Source: Flavobacteriaceae bacterium
GTDB taxonomy: Bacteria > Bacteroidota > Bacteroidia > Flavobacteriales > Flavobacteriaceae
DNA: 64,000 nucleotides
NCBI GenBank assembly: GCA_024743095.1
Contig: JANSXF010000018.1
Location: 497-64,496 of the forward strand
Direction of reading: 5' to 3'
Notes under the pieces: model-generated
Database searches by the model: none
Told to the model about the DNA's origin: nothing
The model's input: only the letters and a program-made list of their open reading frames with translations
Program-made: the position numbers and the translations under genes
Part shown: one piece after another, positions 37,008 to 47,290 of the stretch
Layout of the letters: each line of letters opens with the position of its first letter
Numbering within the stretch: the stretch's first letter is position 1

Positions 37008-38156
37008 ATGAGAAAGTTACTCGTATTGGTGTTGCTGGTCGTCGTAGGTGCCACATCGATGAACGCACAACAAGAAAGGGCGATTACTACAGCAGTTCCG
37101 TTTTTGACCATTGCAGCCGATGCGCGGGCATCCGGAATGGGGGATATGGGTGTTGCCACTTCCTTTGATGCGTATTCCCAGCAGTGGAACCCTGCCAAAT
37201 ATGCTTTTGCCAATAAAAAATCAGGGGTAGGGATAAGTTATACCCCGTACTTGGAAACTATTGTTAACGATGTCTCCTTGTTAAATGCCAATTATTACAA
37301 CAAGCTTAACGACCAAAGTGCTTTTGCATTTGGATTGCGTTATTTTGGATTGGGTGAAATAGAATTAAGGCAAACCATAGACCAAGATCCAACTTTGGTA
37401 AAACCAAACGAGTTTGCTTTGGATGGTTCTTATTCCCTAAAACTGAGCCCAACATTTTCCATGGCCGTAGGGGGTAGGTTTATAAGTTCAAATCTAAGAT
37501 TCCAGGATGGCGTGCAAGATTCACAGGCGGCCAATGCATTTGCTGTGGATGTTGCAGGTTTTTATAGGTCCAGGGAAATCGCATACAGTAACTATGATGG
37601 ACGTTGGAGGGCTGGGTTCAATATTTCCAATTTGGGAGGTTCGCTTCAATATGATCAGGGAGGGCAAGAAAACTTTTTGCCTACCAACCTGAAATTGGGC
37701 GGAGGTTTCGATTTTATTTTTGATCAAGACAATATATTGGCCATCAATACAGAGTTCAACAAATTATTGGTCCCGACACCAAGAGATTTTAATGGGGACG
37801 GTCAGATTACCACGGAAGACAACGATGAATATCAGAATATAAGTTTCTTTAACGGGGTTTTCGAATCTTTTGGAGATGCCCCAGATGGTTTCAGCGAGGA
37901 ATTGAAAGAGGTGACTTGGGCACTTGGCGCAGAGTATCGGTTTAGGGAAGCCTTTATGTTGCGAAGTGGTTACTTTAACGAAAGTGAGGAAAAAGGTTCC
38001 CGTAAGTTTTTTACGTTGGGAGCAGGTTTCAAATTCAAATCTGCCCAAATAGACCTTTCCTATCTGTTCTCGACCTCACAGGTCAGGAACCCATTGGAAA
38101 ATACATTGCGCTTCTCCCTTAGCTTTGATTTTGGAGAGGAATTCTTCAACGATTAA
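37008..38156 (+). CDS. porV: Type IX secretion system outer-membrane protein PorV (LptO)
   Basis: Signal peptide followed by TTAVPFLTIAADARASGMGDMGVATS..YSQQWNPAKYAF, the conserved PorV N-terminus. It is a beta-barrel of 382 aa. Confidence 0.88.
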   Translation: MRKLLVLVLLVVVGATSMNAQQERAITTAVPFLTIAADARASGMGDMGVATSFDAYSQQWNPAKYAFANKKSGVGISYTPYLETIVNDVSLLNANYYNKLNDQSAFAFGLRYFGLGEIELRQTIDQDPTLVKPNEFALDGSYSLKLSPTFSMAVGGRFISSNLRFQDGVQDSQAANAFAVDVAGFYRSREIAYSNYDGRWRAGFNISNLGGSLQYDQGGQENFLPTNLKLGGGFDFIFDQDNILAINTEFNKLLVPTPRDFNGDGQITTEDNDEYQNISFFNGVFESFGDAPDGFSEELKEVTWALGAEYRFREAFMLRSGYFNESEEKGSRKFFTLGAGFKFKSAQIDLSYLFSTSQVRNPLENTLRFSLSFDFGEEFFND

Positions 38157-38178
38157 AGAAGATTAAAATATATATTTG

Positions 38179-38207
38179 AAAACCTGTCCGTTGGGGCAGG
38201 TTTTTTT
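38179..38207 (+). terminator. Rho-independent terminator after porV
   Basis: aaaacctgtcc-gttg-gggcaggtttttttt, a stem with one G-U pair followed by a T run. Confidence 0.7.
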
Positions 38208-38233
38208 ATTTTTGGGTATATCCAAAAGATTAG

Positions 38234-38725
38234 ATGGAAAAAAGGAAAATCGGTTTTGAATTGCTAGTCTTTGATGATGCATCGGAGTTGTCACAAAACG
38301 AACAAAAATTGTTATATGAAGCTTCCAAGGCTAGGGAGAATGCCTATGCTCCCTATTCCAAATTTAGGGTAGGGGCCGCGGTATTGCTGGAAAATGGGGA
38401 AGTGATTATTGGAAGTAATCAGGAGAATGCCTCATATCCTGCCGGTCTTTGTGCCGAGCGTGTGGCCATTTTTCATGCGGGAGCAAAATATCCCGGTATG
38501 GCCGTAAAAACTATTGCTATCTGTGCTTCATCGTCCAAGGATGGGGTAAGTTCGCCCGCAGCTCCCTGTGGTAACTGCAGACAATCTATAATTGAATACG
38601 AGCAAAAACAGCAATCACCAATCTCATTATTGTTAAGTTCGGAAACCGGACCTGTTTACAAATGTAATTCTATGGCCGATATTCTACCATTGGCATTCAA
38701 TAGCTCATTTTTGGGCGATTCTTAA
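38234..38725 (+). CDS. cdd: Cytidine deaminase
   Basis: Zinc motifs CAERVAIF and PCGNCRQ. Confidence 0.9.
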   Translation: MEKRKIGFELLVFDDASELSQNEQKLLYEASKARENAYAPYSKFRVGAAVLLENGEVIIGSNQENASYPAGLCAERVAIFHAGAKYPGMAVKTIAICASSSKDGVSSPAAPCGNCRQSIIEYEQKQQSPISLLLSSETGPVYKCNSMADILPLAFNSSFLGDS

Positions 38726-38805
38726 TTCAATTCTTTTTCCAAAACAGATATATATGTATTTTTGCTCTTCCCTACGCAGGGGAAATTCATTTAATACAAC
38801 AGTAG

Positions 38806-39804
38806 ATGAAAAAAATCACCAAAGAAGTTTACCTTAAATGGTACGAGGACATGTATTTCTGGAGAAAGTTCGAGGATAAACTGGCCGCCGTATATATTCA
38901 ACAAAAAGTTAGAGGTTTCTTGCACCTCTACAATGGTCAAGAAGCGGTACTTGCAGGTGCATTGCACGCCATGGACCTCGAAAAGGACAGGATGATCACC
39001 GCTTACCGAAATCACGTTCAGCCGATTGGAATGGGAGTAGATCCTAGACGAGTCATGGCCGAGCTTTACGGCAAGGTTACCGGAACCTCGAAAGGTATGG
39101 GTGGTTCCATGCATATTTTCTCCAAAGAACACCGTTTTTATGGTGGACACGGAATCGTAGGGGGACAAATTCCATTGGGTGCCGGGTTGGCATTTGGCGA
39201 CAAGTACTTTAAAAGGGATTCTGTGACCCTATGTTATATGGGTGATGGTGCCGTAAGACAAGGTTCGCTTCACGAGGCCTTCAATTTGGCCATGTTGTGG
39301 CAATTGCCGGTGGTTTTTATTTGTGAGAACAACGGATATGCCATGGGAACCTCTGTGGCTCGTACTTCACATTCCACGGAAATCTGGAAATTGGGTCTTG
39401 GTTATGAAATGCCTTGTAGTCCCGTGGATGGAATGGATCCTGCCATAGTTGCAAAGGAAATGGACAAGGCGATTGAGCGCGCCCGTACAGGAGGAGGGCC
39501 AACCTTCTTGGAGATGAAGACCTACAGGTACCGAGGACATTCCATGTCAGATGCACAGCATTACCGAACTAAAGAAGAAGTTGAAGAGTATAAAAAGATA
39601 GATCCAATCACTCAGGTCAAAGATGTGATCCTTGAGAAAGGATATGCATCCGAGGACGATTTAAAACAAATCGATAAAAAGGTGAAGGACCTTGTGAAAG
39701 AATGTGAGAAGTTCGCTGAAGAATCTGATTTCCCACCAAAAGAGCAATTGTACGACACCGTTTACGAGCAAGAAGACTATCCATTTTTACAACATAAATT
39801 ATAA
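38806..39804 (+). CDS. pdhA: Pyruvate dehydrogenase E1 component, alpha subunit
   Basis: ThDP-binding motif GDGAVRQGSLHEAFNLAMLWQLPVVFICENNGYAMGT and the phospho-loop-like YRYRGHSMSD. Confidence 0.92.
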   Translation: MKKITKEVYLKWYEDMYFWRKFEDKLAAVYIQQKVRGFLHLYNGQEAVLAGALHAMDLEKDRMITAYRNHVQPIGMGVDPRRVMAELYGKVTGTSKGMGGSMHIFSKEHRFYGGHGIVGGQIPLGAGLAFGDKYFKRDSVTLCYMGDGAVRQGSLHEAFNLAMLWQLPVVFICENNGYAMGTSVARTSHSTEIWKLGLGYEMPCSPVDGMDPAIVAKEMDKAIERARTGGGPTFLEMKTYRYRGHSMSDAQHYRTKEEVEEYKKIDPITQVKDVILEKGYASEDDLKQIDKKVKDLVKECEKFAEESDFPPKEQLYDTVYEQEDYPFLQHKL

Positions 39805-39808
39805 TTAG

Positions 39809-41446
39809 ATGGCAGAAGTAATCAACATGCCTAGATTGAGCGATACCATGGAAGAAGGAACCGTGGCAAAATGGCTCAAGAAAGTAGGGGACAAGGTAGA
39901 AGAAGGAGATATTTTGGCTGAAATCGAAACGGACAAAGCCACCATGGAATTCGAATCTTTTCATGAAGGAACTTTGCTCCACATAGGAATCGAGGAAGGT
40001 GATGGTGCCCCGGTTGATTCACTTTTGGCCATAATCGGTGAAGAAGGTGAGGACATTTCCGGTCTGTTGAACGGCTCTGGAAGCTCTTCGGAAGCTCCAA
40101 AAGAGCAAAGTTCACCAGAACCAGACGATACAGCATCAGAAACTGAAACTAGTGAGCCGGCAGATATTCCCGAAGGAGTGGAAATCGTGACCATGCCCCG
40201 ATTGAGTGATACCATGGAGGAAGGAACGGTTGCCAGCTGGTTGAAGAGTGTTGGGGACAAAGTGGAAGAAGGAGATATCTTGGCCGAAATCGAAACGGAC
40301 AAGGCCACTATGGAATTCGAATCGTTCTACTCGGGAACTTTGCTGCATATCGGTATCCAAGAGGGCGAAGGTGCTCCTGTGGATTCCCTATTGGCCATCA
40401 TTGGCCCAGAGGGAACCGATGTAGATGCCGTGTTGAACGCACAATCATCAGGTGGTTCGCCTAAGAAGAGTGCTTCCAATAAAGAAGCGTCCAAAGATGA
40501 TGCCCCTAAAGCAGAGGAATCTTCCAAAAAAGAAGAAACCGCACCGGCGACCCAAGACGGTCAGCGCATATTTGCTTCGCCATTGGCCAAAAAGATCGCC
40601 GATGAAAAAGGCATCAATTTGGCAGATGTAAAGGGAACCGGTGATAACGGAAGAATTGTTAAGAAGGACATAGAAAACTTTAAACCATCATCACAAGCAG
40701 CTCCTGCTGCAGAAAAAACCGAAGCTGCCCCTGCAGTGGCACCGGTTGCACTTCCAGTTGGAGAAGAAAGTGTGGAAGAAGTGAAAAACTCTACAATGCG
40801 TAAGGTTATTGCCAAGCGTTTGGGAGAATCCAAATTCTCTGCACCACATTATTACTTGACCATTGAGGTGGATATGGACAATGCCAAGGCATCCCGCGCA
40901 CAGATCAACAGTTTGCCGGATACCAAGGTATCTTTCAACGATATGGTTTTGAAAGCATGTGCCATGGCCCTTAAAAAACATCCGCAGGTAAATACATCGT
41001 GGAATGGTGACTCCATGATATACAAGCACCACATTCACATGGGGGTTGCCGTTGCCGTAGATGAAGGACTTGTGGTTCCCGTAATCAAATTTGCAGATCA
41101 GATGAGTTTGACCCAATTGGGAACTTCAGTAAAGGATTTGGCAGGAAGGGCAAGAAACAAGAAGATCAAACCAGATGAAATGGAAGGAAGTACCTTTACG
41201 GTTTCCAACTTGGGAATGTTCGGTATTCAAGAGTTTACCTCCATTATCAATCAGCCTAACTCTGCCATTTTATCCGTAGGGGCAATCGTTGATAAACCTG
41301 TGGTTAAAAATGGCGAGATTGTAGCTGGAAGCACCATGAAGGTAACTTTGGCCTGTGATCACAGAACGGTTGATGGAGCCACTGGTGCCCAGTTCTTACA
41401 GACTTTGAGAGCTTACTTGGAGAATCCGGTTACCATGTTGGCCTAG
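39809..41446 (+). CDS. Dihydrolipoamide acetyltransferase (E2) with two lipoyl domains
   Basis: Two lipoyl-Lys motifs (EIETDKATMEFES), a peripheral subunit-binding domain (ASPLAKKIADEKGINL), and a catalytic domain with DHRTVDGA. Confidence 0.92.
   Translation: MAEVINMPRLSDTMEEGTVAKWLKKVGDKVEEGDILAEIETDKATMEFESFHEGTLLHIGIEEGDGAPVDSLLAIIGEEGEDISGLLNGSGSSSEAPKEQSSPEPDDTASETETSEPADIPEGVEIVTMPRLSDTMEEGTVASWLKSVGDKVEEGDILAEIETDKATMEFESFYSGTLLHIGIQEGEGAPVDSLLAIIGPEGTDVDAVLNAQSSGGSPKKSASNKEASKDDAPKAEESSKKEETAPATQDGQRIFASPLAKKIADEKGINLADVKGTGDNGRIVKKDIENFKPSSQAAPAAEKTEAAPAVAPVALPVGEESVEEVKNSTMRKVIAKRLGESKFSAPHYYLTIEVDMDNAKASRAQINSLPDTKVSFNDMVLKACAMALKKHPQVNTSWNGDSMIYKHHIHMGVAVAVDEGLVVPVIKFADQMSLTQLGTSVKDLAGRARNKKIKPDEMEGSTFTVSNLGMFGIQEFTSIINQPNSAILSVGAIVDKPVVKNGEIVAGSTMKVTLACDHRTVDGATGAQFLQTLRAYLENPVTMLA
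39827..40411 (+). repeat. Intragenic tandem duplication; two ~219-nt lipoyl-domain units (39827-40045 and 40193-40411)
   Basis: Both units encode MPRLSDTMEEGTVA.WLK.VGDKVEEGDILAEIETDKATMEFESF..GTLLHIGI. The nucleotide sequences are clearly similar by eye. Confidence 0.85.
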
Positions 41447-41484
41447 ATTTGTCGATACAAGCATATTCGATAATACATATATTT

Positions 41485-41512
41485 AAAAGCATCCTTTTTT
41501 CGGGATGCTTTT
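41485..41512 (+). terminator. Rho-independent terminator after the E2 gene
   Basis: aaaagcatcc-ttttttcg-ggatgctttt followed by more T residues. Confidence 0.75.
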
Positions 41513-41544
41513 TTTATCTTTAAAAAAATCAAAAAAGAACAAAA

Positions 41545-42522
41545 ATGAGAGTACTATTATATGTTATCGTTTCACTTTTTGTGATGGGCTGTGGTTCTGC
41601 AAAAATTGTTCAAACCACTGATGTTGATCCTCAAACAACAAAATCAAGCGGAACTTTTACCGATGCCGAACGTATAGGTGAAATGATGAATTATTTGGCG
41701 AGCGATGACCTTAAGGGAAGGGAAGCCGGAGACCAGGGCATTGAAATTGCGGCTAGGTATATTGAGAATTATTTTAAGTCCTATCAGCTCAAGCCCTATT
41801 TTGAAACGTACCGAGACACACTTTCAAATTTTAAAAAACCTGCCTACAATATTGTGGGTGTTGTGGAGGGCAACGATCCTGATTTAAAAGATGAATTTAT
41901 TTTGATAGGTGCCCATTACGACCATATCGGGACCATAAAGCCACAAAATGGAGATTATATTGCCAATGGAGCCAACGATAATGCATCGGGTACCACGTCG
42001 GTTTTGGAAATGGCACGGTATTTTGGAACAAACAAAACAAACAAGCGTACTCTTATTTTTGCTTTGTTCAGTGCCGAGGAGAAAGGCTTGTTGGGTTCCA
42101 AGCACCTGGCCCAAAAATTAAAAGAGCAGGATCTTAACCTGTACACCATGCTCAATTTTGAAATGACTGGTGTTCCTTTACAGGGGAAGGACTATTTTGT
42201 ATACATCACGGGGTACGATATGTCCAACTTGGCAGAGGTAAGCAATAGGTATGCTAAAGAAAACTTGGTAGGATTTTTGCCAACTGCCAAGGAATTTAAC
42301 TTGTACCAAAGATCGGACAATTATCCGTTCCATGAAGAATTTGGAGTGCCGTCACATACATTTTGTACGTTTGACTTTACCAACTTTAATCATTATCATA
42401 AGGTCGGTGATGAGAACAGTCTCATGGATTTTGGTCATATGGCCACATTGGTAAACAAAGCAATTCCAGTGATTGAAAGTATCGCCAATGCTCCATTGCA
42501 AGAAATCAAATTAAAAGAGTAG
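41545..42522 (+). CDS. M28-family aminopeptidase lipoprotein
   Basis: Lipobox VMGC. Motifs GAHYDH, GANDNASG and FSAEEKGLLGS are the M28 zinc ligands. Confidence 0.85.
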   Translation: MRVLLYVIVSLFVMGCGSAKIVQTTDVDPQTTKSSGTFTDAERIGEMMNYLASDDLKGREAGDQGIEIAARYIENYFKSYQLKPYFETYRDTLSNFKKPAYNIVGVVEGNDPDLKDEFILIGAHYDHIGTIKPQNGDYIANGANDNASGTTSVLEMARYFGTNKTNKRTLIFALFSAEEKGLLGSKHLAQKLKEQDLNLYTMLNFEMTGVPLQGKDYFVYITGYDMSNLAEVSNRYAKENLVGFLPTAKEFNLYQRSDNYPFHEEFGVPSHTFCTFDFTNFNHYHKVGDENSLMDFGHMATLVNKAIPVIESIANAPLQEIKLKE

Positions 42523-42577
42523 CATATTGTTTCAAACTGCCCGATGACTATCAGGAGAAAGAACTCTTAACTATATT

Positions 42578-43255
42578 ATGGCAAACATTATTATTACAGG
42601 CACAAGTAGGGGAATAGGATTTGAGTTGGTGAAACTTTTTGCGAGGGAAGGACATCAGGTTTTGGCACTTTCACGAAATAGTGAGCCTGTGCAAAGCCTG
42701 AATTTGCCCAATGTGCAAACGTTGCCCTTTGATTTGGGCGATCCTGCCGATTTTGAAAAGCTAACTGAATTTTTGAACGAGTGGCATGTAGTGGATGTGC
42801 TTATTAACAATGCGGGTCGGTTTTTGGGCAAACCATTTGCAGAAACCACGACAGAGGAATTTGAGAACGTCTACAAAGTAAACGTGTTCGGAGTTGCTGA
42901 AATCACAAAGACCGTACTTCCAATGATGGGACAGGAAGGTCATGTTCTAACCATAAGCTCCATGGGAGGCGTGCAAGGAAGCCTTAAGTTTCCAGGACTT
43001 TCGGCATATAGTTCAAGTAAAGGTGCTGTGATTACGTTGACCGAACTCTTGGCCGAAGAGTACAAGGAAACAGGACCGAGTTTTAACGTATTGGCTTTGG
43101 GTGCCGTGCAAACGGAAATGTTGGAAGAGGCCTTTCCAGGGTACAAAGCTCCCGTAACTGCATTGGAGATGGCCACATATATTAAGGAGTTTGCTTTGAC
43201 AGGTCAAAAACTCTACAATGGAAAAATGTTGCAGGTAAGCAATAGTACACCGTAG
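42578..43255 (+). CDS. SDR-family oxidoreductase (225 aa)
   Basis: TGTSRGIG cofactor motif, NNAG, and the S..YSSSK catalytic triad context. Confidence 0.85.
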   Translation: MANIIITGTSRGIGFELVKLFAREGHQVLALSRNSEPVQSLNLPNVQTLPFDLGDPADFEKLTEFLNEWHVVDVLINNAGRFLGKPFAETTTEEFENVYKVNVFGVAEITKTVLPMMGQEGHVLTISSMGGVQGSLKFPGLSAYSSSKGAVITLTELLAEEYKETGPSFNVLALGAVQTEMLEEAFPGYKAPVTALEMATYIKEFALTGQKLYNGKMLQVSNSTP

Positions 43256-43274
43256 ATATCTTTATCGAAAATCT

Positions 43275-43919
43275 TTGGATAAATCTGTACCTTTATTCCT
43301 AGTGAGCGATACCCTACAAAAATACCTTCCCGAGCTTGCAGTAGTTCCTTGCTTTGAACTTATCAAAACCCATGGGGTACATTTAAAAATTGTCGACCAC
43401 CGTGTTACTCGCCATGGTGATTACCGCAGATTGCCGAACGGATTGCATCTTATAACCGTCAATGCATCGCTCAACAAATACCGGTTCCTCATTACACTCG
43501 TCCACGAAATAGCGCATTTGGTGGCCTTTGAAACGTATGGTCGTCGAATAAAACCCCATGGAGAGGAATGGAAGCGTACCTTTCAGCACTTAATGGTTCC
43601 ATTTATTAGGCCAGAGGTGTTTCCAACGCAACTGTTGCCCATAATTGCAAATCATTTTAAAAACCCAAAAGCCAGTAGTAGCACCGACGCTAGGTTGTCC
43701 ATTGCACTTAAAGCTTTTGATGAGGAAGAACGACGACACAGTTATGTCTACGAATTACCTGCGGGCAGTGTTTTTAGACTGTACAATGGCAAGTTGTTCA
43801 AAAAAGGAAATAAAAAAGTAAAGCGGTACGAATGTGTGGAGTTATCAACCGGGAGATTATATTTGTTTCAACCAAACGCGGAGGTTGAGTTGGTTCAGGA
43901 TAACCAGCATTCTAATTAG
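43275..43919 (+). CDS. SprT-like zinc metalloprotease-domain protein
   Basis: HEIAH motif (LVHEIAHLVAF). The track start is TTG, so the true start is uncertain. Confidence 0.6.
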   Translation: MDKSVPLFLVSDTLQKYLPELAVVPCFELIKTHGVHLKIVDHRVTRHGDYRRLPNGLHLITVNASLNKYRFLITLVHEIAHLVAFETYGRRIKPHGEEWKRTFQHLMVPFIRPEVFPTQLLPIIANHFKNPKASSSTDARLSIALKAFDEEERRHSYVYELPAGSVFRLYNGKLFKKGNKKVKRYECVELSTGRLYLFQPNAEVELVQDNQHSN

Positions 43920-43931
43920 AAAAACAGCAAA

Positions 43932-45011
43932 ATGAACAAGAATTATTACGCAGTTTTAATGGCAGGAGGAGTTGGCTCTAGGTTTTGGCCCATAAGTACA
44001 TCATCCAATCCAAAACAGTTTCACGATATGTTGGGAACTGGCAAAACCTTGATTCAAAAAACCTTTGATCGTTTGAACAAGTTTATTCCGACTGAGAATA
44101 TTCTGATTTTGACCAATGAGCACTACAACGACTTGGTGTTGGAGCAATTGCCCATGGTAAAACAAGGCCAAGTGGTTCTGGAACCTGCCATGCGAAATAC
44201 GGCACCCTGTATTTTGTATGCATCCTTAAAGATTCAGAAAATGAACCCCGATGCGGTAATGATCGTAGCCCCAAGTGATCATTGGATTGAGGATGAAGAT
44301 GCATTTGAAAAGGATGTGACCGCTTGTTTCAGTAAATGTGAAGAAGAAAACGCACTATGTACTTTAGGTGTTCATCCAACTTTTCCCAATACTGGATTTG
44401 GTTATATCGAATTTGAAAAAGGAAGTGACCAAAACATTAAAAGGGTGTCACAGTTCAGGGAAAAGCCGGATTATGAAACCGCAAAGGAATTTTTGGCACA
44501 GGGAAATTTTCTATGGAATGCAGGTATTTTTATGTGGAGCGTGGAAACGATAGTGAAAGCCTTCAAGAAATACCAGCCAGATCAATATGAACTATTCGGA
44601 GGAGGTATTTCCTGTTACAATACAAGCGAAGAAAAAGCTTTTATCCAAGAAAACTACGCCAAGGCAGAAAACATATCCATTGATTATGCTATCTTGGAAC
44701 AATCCCAATCCATTTATACCCTGCCAGCAACCTTTGATTGGAACGATTTAGGTACATGGGGCGCTCTTTATGATAAATTGGAGAAAGACGAAAACGAGAA
44801 CGCAGTGGTAAATGCCCAAACCCTATTGGAGGATTCCAGGGGAAATATGATACGATCTCCCAAAGGAAAGGTAGTTGTAGTTGATGGTTTGGAGGATTAC
44901 ATCATTGTGGATAAAGAGGAGGTGCTGCTAATTTATCCAAAGGACAAACAACAGGATATTAAAAAAGTATTGACCCAAGTGAAGGAGAAATTTGGTGATC
45001 AATTTGCATAA
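43932..45011 (+). CDS. Mannose-1-phosphate guanylyltransferase
   Basis: N-terminal LMAGGVGSRFWP nucleotidyltransferase motif. At 359 aa it has no C-terminal isomerase domain. Confidence 0.85.
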   Translation: MNKNYYAVLMAGGVGSRFWPISTSSNPKQFHDMLGTGKTLIQKTFDRLNKFIPTENILILTNEHYNDLVLEQLPMVKQGQVVLEPAMRNTAPCILYASLKIQKMNPDAVMIVAPSDHWIEDEDAFEKDVTACFSKCEEENALCTLGVHPTFPNTGFGYIEFEKGSDQNIKRVSQFREKPDYETAKEFLAQGNFLWNAGIFMWSVETIVKAFKKYQPDQYELFGGGISCYNTSEEKAFIQENYAKAENISIDYAILEQSQSIYTLPATFDWNDLGTWGALYDKLEKDENENAVVNAQTLLEDSRGNMIRSPKGKVVVVDGLEDYIIVDKEEVLLIYPKDKQQDIKKVLTQVKEKFGDQFA

Positions 45012-45014
45012 CAT

Positions 45015-46475
45015 ATGACCGAAGAACAAAAAAAGGAAGCAGAAACGACACCTCCCAATCAAGATAGTGGAGATGAGGTAAAAAAGGATTTTAAAGGGCT
45101 TTTGGGCAGCGTGCGCAAATTCCTCTCGGATTTATTGGAAATCCGTTCCAATACGGACGCCGCCGCCACAAAGGAATCCATCATTGCGGATATTCCCTTT
45201 AAGAACCACACCACATGGATTTTGGTGTGCTCCATTTTCATTGCATCCATTGGGTTGAACGCAAACTCAACAGCGGTGGTTATTGGCGCAATGCTTATCT
45301 CCCCACTGATGGGCCCTATTTTGGGAATGGGCATGTCATTGGCCATAAATGATATTGATACGTTGCGTAGGTCGCTCAAGAATTTCACCGTAATGGTGGT
45401 TTTGAGTGTGATAACAGCATTCCTGTTTTTCTACTTTTTTCCTTTGCGTGATGAATCTTCGGAATTGTTGGCACGTACCAAACCCGATATTCGGGACGTG
45501 TTGATAGCTTTCTTTGGTGGATTGGCGCTAGTGATTGCCCGGGCAAAAAAGGGTACCATTGCCAGTGTTATTTTTGGGGTGGCCATTGCTACCGCCTTGA
45601 TGCCTCCTCTTTGTACGGTAGGCTTTGGTTTGGCCATAGGTAAACCGTGGTATGCCGCTGGGGCCATGTATTTGTTCATCATCAACACGATTTTCATCGG
45701 CTTGGCTACCTTCTTGGTGATCAAGTTCTTGAGATTTCCCATGGTGCGGTATGCCAATTCCCAACGCAGGAGGTTGATTGCCCGTTTGGCTTCCATTACG
45801 GGAATTTTGGTGATGATTCCGGCCGGATTTACGTTTTACAATGTATTTCAGGAATCACTTTTTATGAAACAGGCACAAGAGTTTTTACAAGGTACAGTAG
45901 AGGTATATCAGTTTGATGGTGCCGGAAGGTATGTGGACAATCTCACCAAATTGGAATATGTGGATGATGGAACCTCAATGATCGAAGTGGTTTTTATGGG
46001 CGATGAATTGGTTCCGGAGAATATCATCAATACATGGAGAACACAGAAGAATGAATACAACAGGCTTAAGGACGCCGAACTCCATATTATTCAAGGAGGA
46101 AGGGATGATTCAGAAGAAAAGTTCAATTATGTAAGCGAACTTTATGAGAAAAACAAAGCCGAACTGTTGAACAAGGACGAACAGATAAGATTACTTGAAG
46201 AAGAATTGGCATTGTTGACCAGAAATGTGGGTAGGCGGGTTCCTTTTCAAAATATAAGTGCAGAAGCTAAGGCGAATTATGAGAATATTGATGCCCTAGG
46301 GTTCTCTTATCAAATACGCACCGATTTTAAAAAATTGGATACCGTGCCAGTATTTGAGGTGAATTGGAAAAGCGGCTTGAGCTCAAGTCAAAAAGAAGCG
46401 GATACCAAAAAAATGTTGGCATGGTTAAAGTTGAGACTTCAGGATTCCACCTTGGTAATTAAAGAGGCAGATTAA
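45015..46475 (+). CDS. DUF389-family integral membrane protein with a C-terminal soluble extension
   Basis: AVVIGAMLISPLMGPILGMG and ATALMPPLCTVGFGL are characteristic DUF389 repeats as I recall them. The C-terminal ~200 aa are hydrophilic. Confidence 0.65.
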   Translation: MTEEQKKEAETTPPNQDSGDEVKKDFKGLLGSVRKFLSDLLEIRSNTDAAATKESIIADIPFKNHTTWILVCSIFIASIGLNANSTAVVIGAMLISPLMGPILGMGMSLAINDIDTLRRSLKNFTVMVVLSVITAFLFFYFFPLRDESSELLARTKPDIRDVLIAFFGGLALVIARAKKGTIASVIFGVAIATALMPPLCTVGFGLAIGKPWYAAGAMYLFIINTIFIGLATFLVIKFLRFPMVRYANSQRRRLIARLASITGILVMIPAGFTFYNVFQESLFMKQAQEFLQGTVEVYQFDGAGRYVDNLTKLEYVDDGTSMIEVVFMGDELVPENIINTWRTQKNEYNRLKDAELHIIQGGRDDSEEKFNYVSELYEKNKAELLNKDEQIRLLEEELALLTRNVGRRVPFQNISAEAKANYENIDALGFSYQIRTDFKKLDTVPVFEVNWKSGLSSSQKEADTKKMLAWLKLRLQDSTLVIKEAD

Positions 46476-46483
46476 TTTATTTA

Positions 46484-46520
46484 GATGTTCTGATGTCTGA
46501 TGTCTGATGTCTGATGTCTG
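46484..46520. repeat. Heptanucleotide microsatellite (tgatgtc) x4 plus one degenerate unit
   Basis: Read directly as gatgttc tgatgtc tgatgtc tgatgtc tgatgtc tgg. It lies between two convergent stop codons. Confidence 0.9.
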
Positions 46521-46522
46521 GA

Positions 46523-47290
46523 TCAATTCCGTTCCTCGATATACATTTGCCGAACCTTTTTGAACAATTCGGAGGAGTACACAAAATCTGTCACTGCTTG
46601 GTTGTCGGTCTTAAAGATTTCCTTATTGGTGCCTTCCCATTCTTTGAGTCCGTTTTTTAGAAAAATTATTTTTTCCCCTATTTCCATTACCGAGTTCATA
46701 TCGTGTGTGTTGATAATGGTCGTAATGTCATATTCTTGGGTGATCTCGTGAATCAGGTTGTCGATTAGAATGGCCGTTTTGGGGTCAAGTCCAGAGTTGG
46801 GTTCATCACAGAACAGGTATTTTGGATTCATTACAATGGCTCTTGCAATGGCAACACGTTTTTGCATGCCCCCGGATATTTCGGCAGGAAATCGTTTGTG
46901 TGCATCCACTAGGTTGACCCGTTTCAAAACAAAATCCACACGATCTTGCTTTTCCGATTGCGACTGTTTGGAGAACATGTCCAAAGGAAACATTACATTG
47001 CCCTCTACCGTCATGGAATCAAAAAGAGCACTCCCTTGAAAAACCATTCCCATTTCTTGTCTTAGGTTCCTTTTTTCTTTTACCGAAAGCTCGGAATAGA
47101 CTTGGCCATTGTAGCAAATACTTCCATCATCGGGCTCAAAAAGGCCCAAGAGACATTTTAAGAAGACCGTTTTTCCTGAACCACTTTGGCCAATTATAAG
47201 ATTGGTCTTTCCTTTTTCGAATGTTGTTGAAATTCCTTTAAGTACGTGATTGTCCCCAAACGATTTGTGTATGTTTTCTACCTCTATCAT
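46523..47290 (-). CDS. ABC transporter ATP-binding protein (MlaF-like)
   Basis: Walker A GQSGSGKT, signature ISGGMQKR and Walker B LFCDEP. I set the start at ATG 47290 (MIEVENIHKSF), which overlaps the permease stop by 1 nt. Confidence 0.88.
   Translation of the reverse strand: MIEVENIHKSFGDNHVLKGISTTFEKGKTNLIIGQSGSGKTVFLKCLLGLFEPDDGSICYNGQVYSELSVKEKRNLRQEMGMVFQGSALFDSMTVEGNVMFPLDMFSKQSQSEKQDRVDFVLKRVNLVDAHKRFPAEISGGMQKRVAIARAIVMNPKYLFCDEPNSGLDPKTAILIDNLIHEITQEYDITTIINTHDMNSVMEIGEKIIFLKNGLKEWEGTNKEIFKTDNQAVTDFVYSSELFKKVRQMYIEERN

Noticed and set aside
39827-40411. Direct repeat of ~219 nt, which could be mistaken for a mobile or duplicated element
   Set aside because: It is fully explained by the two lipoyl domains of the E2 acetyltransferase. 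Both copies are in frame and carry the lipoyl-Lys motif.
46484-46520. The (tgatgtc)n heptanucleotide repeat as a phase-variation switch
   Set aside because: It lies between two convergent stop codons (46475 and 46523). It is therefore outside any coding region or promoter, and copy-number change would not shift a frame or alter promoter spacing. It is kept only as a repeat feature.
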